Assembly (NCBI RefSeq): GCF_024753565.1
Contig: NZ_JANTPT010000001.1
Span: 1,173,969-1,197,968, forward strand
Direction: 5' to 3'
DNA: 24,000 nucleotides
From: Mechercharimyces sp. CAU 1602
GTDB taxonomy: Bacteria; Bacillota; Bacilli; Thermoactinomycetales; JANTPT01
How positions within the stretch are numbered: position 1 is the first letter of the stretch; each line of letters opens with the position of its first letter. The notes beneath the pieces are model-generated. The model made no database searches and had not been told where the DNA came from. It worked only from the letters and a program-made list of their open reading frames with translations. A program made the position numbers and the translations under genes. This document shows positions 22,259 to 24,000 of this stretch, piece by piece.

Positions 22259-23197
22259 ATGCTTAACAAATCCCATCGTGTCCTCCTGTTGGAAATGGGG
22301 ATGAAGTCCCTTGGCAACATTGCTCGTCAATGTGCTGTTGTACGCCCCCAACTCGGGGCGATTACGAATGTAGGCGAAGCTCACGTAGGAAGCCTTGGTG
22401 GGATGGATACTGTCGTCAAAGCTAAGCAGGAACTGATCAACGGTATGCGTAAAAACTCCACGATCTTTCTCAATGCAGATGACAAACGTTCCACTAAATT
22501 ACAAACAAATCGCTATCCTGGGACTGTAAAAACATTTTCTATTCATAATAAAGCGCATCTGCGGGCTAGTAACATCCGTTATACAACCAAGGGAATGTCC
22601 TTTCATCTCACCATGAATGGAGTCAAGTGCGGGGAAATGACTGTCCCCATGATCGGGGTTCACAACGTATACAATTGTTTACCGGCCATTGGTATCGCAA
22701 CAGAGATGGGGTTGTCGTTAGCGGAAATTCGTAGTGGTCTGCTACGAATGAGTGCTCCCAAAATGAGAATGCAACCAATTTCCGCAGGTAGAGGTAGACT
22801 GTTAATTAACGATGCATGGAATGCTAGTCCCTCTTCCATGAAAGCAGGAATGGAAGTATTTGCGCAAATTGCTCCTCATCGACCCGCCATCGCTGTTTTA
22901 GGCGATATGCTCGAGCTAGGTGCTCATTCTTCCTATTGGCATAAGCATATAGGTAAAATGGTCGCCACCATGCCTCTCTATCGGCTAGTTACCGTCGGCA
23001 CCCATGCCAAAAAAATTAGTGATACAGCCATTCAAAACGGATTTGCTCGCAATCGCGTGATTCACTTTCAAAGTTCCAATCAAGTTGCCTCCTACTTGGC
23101 CCGCGTCGCACCTGAAAAAGCCGCAATATACTTTAAAGCCTCGCGCAAATTTCGTTTCGAAAATATCATTCGATCACTTCTGCAACGGCATAACTAA
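22259..23197 (+). CDS. murF: MurF-like Mur ligase, 3' two-thirds only (5'-truncated by the prophage; likely a split gene)
   Basis: Carries LLEMGM...ITNVGEAHVGSLGG...NDAWNASPSSMKAG...VLGDMLELG...FKASR. The P-loop GxxGKT and the N-terminal domain are absent. Homology continues in frame upstream of the first ATG to about 22172. Confidence 0.8.
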   Translation: MLNKSHRVLLLEMGMKSLGNIARQCAVVRPQLGAITNVGEAHVGSLGGMDTVVKAKQELINGMRKNSTIFLNADDKRSTKLQTNRYPGTVKTFSIHNKAHLRASNIRYTTKGMSFHLTMNGVKCGEMTVPMIGVHNVYNCLPAIGIATEMGLSLAEIRSGLLRMSAPKMRMQPISAGRGRLLINDAWNASPSSMKAGMEVFAQIAPHRPAIAVLGDMLELGAHSSYWHKHIGKMVATMPLYRLVTVGTHAKKISDTAIQNGFARNRVIHFQSSNQVASYLARVAPEKAAIYFKASRKFRFENIIRSLLQRHN

Positions 23198-23225
23198 ACC
23201 CCTGCATCTATATAGCAGGGGTTTT
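23195..23225. terminator. Bidirectional rho-independent terminator
   Basis: AAA-CCCCTGC-ATCTATATA-GCAGGGG-TTTTT, between the convergent murF-like and glycosyltransferase genes. Confidence 0.8.
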
Positions 23226-23240
23226 TCTTTGTACTTTTTA

Positions 23241-24000
23241 CTATTGGTTAGTTGCTTTCTTCAATTGATCATCACAACTGATCAATGACCGCGTCAACTG
23301 TATCTCCTTTTTTGCTACCTCTTCCCAAGAAAACTTTTCTTGCACTCGTTGACGGGCCGCTTTCCCTAGCTGCTCTGCCTTTACAGGGTCATACAACAAT
23401 TCGATACATGCTTCTGCTAGGCGCGTCTGTAGCTCTTTTGGTTCAATGAGGATCCCGTTCTTCCCATGCTGAATCACCTCTGGAATCCCACCATTTGTCG
23501 TTGAAACCACAGGCAAACCCGTCGCCATACCTTCTAAATTTACAAGACCGTACGCTTCACTCCCACGTGAAGGGGTAACAAGCAGATCCGCAATTTGATA
23601 ATAGGTGACTAATTTCTCATGAGCAGTCGCAGTAATCCATGTCACATCACCTTTTACACGCTCCATTCTTTTCCTTACCAGCTGGAGATAGCGCGTTTCT
23701 TTATCCCCACTATAGTGTGTACTACCCACCACGAGCAGGTGGGCATCAGGATGAGCTTTTTTAATCTGCGGAAATACATCAAGCAGTACGTGCACACTTT
23801 TTTGTGCGATAATTCTGCCCACATATAAAATCACTTTTTTGTTGGCGATCCTCAGTCTCTCCCGTACCGCTATCCTTTTCTCATCCTCCTTATCTATCGG
23901 ATGAAATTGATCTACATCTACCCCGAGTGGCAACACATCGATCTTAGGAAGGCACATTGGAAAACGCTCCGCTATTCTCCTCTTCATAAACTCACTGTTT
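23241..24000 (-). CDS. GT4 (group 1) glycosyltransferase, C-terminal domain; gene continues past the right edge
   Basis: Carries ...ILYVGRIIAQKSVHVLL...SEAYGLVNLEGMATGLPVVSTTNGGIPEVI (E-x7-E). The frame stays open upstream of the listed ATG (23987) to nt 24000. Confidence 0.8.
   Translation of the reverse strand, partial: NSEFMKRRIAERFPMCLPKIDVLPLGVDVDQFHPIDKEDEKRIAVRERLRIANKKVILYVGRIIAQKSVHVLLDVFPQIKKAHPDAHLLVVGSTHYSGDKETRYLQLVRKRMERVKGDVTWITATAHEKLVTYYQIADLLVTPSRGSEAYGLVNLEGMATGLPVVSTTNGGIPEVIQHGKNGILIEPKELQTRLAEACIELLYDPVKAEQLGKAARQRVQEKFSWEEVAKKEIQLTRSLISCDDQLKKATNQ

Overview
This window holds the right-hand ~22.1 kb of a temperate, HK97/cos-type siphovirus-like prophage from a Gram-positive (Bacillales-like) host, plus ~1.8 kb of flanking chromosome. 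Reading right to left on the minus strand, the genes are: a Cro-like regulator, a Bro-N antirepressor, many small early ORFs, and replication/recombination genes (DnaD-like organizer, DnaC/IstB-like loader, RusA). These are followed by a GH73 glucosaminidase, an ArpU-type late regulator, a ~5.5 kb accessory island, a ParB-methyltransferase fusion, an HTH protein, an HNH endonuclease, terS (P27 family), terL and the 5' part of the portal gene. On the plus strand at the right end are a CI-like repressor and an SprA-like large serine integrase. The integrase stop codon lies within ~15-20 nt of the point where a MurF-like Mur-ligase reading frame begins. That frame lacks its N-terminal third, so the prophage appears to split a murF-like gene. 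A convergent GT4 glycosyltransferase follows. The accessory island holds the two most unusual items. (i) A 365-aa stand-alone TnpB with intact RuvC/Zn motifs is followed by a structured 3' region and a CRISPR-like mini-array of 4 repeats and 3 spacers. No cas1/cas2 is present, and the whole module is bracketed by 32-bp direct repeats. (ii) A translationally coupled operon encodes a Yip1 membrane protein, an HNH/EndoVII nuclease toxin with a Flp-prepilin-like leader, and a SUKH (SMI1/KNR4) immunity protein. All functional calls come from reading translations and motifs by eye; no searches or folding programs were run.
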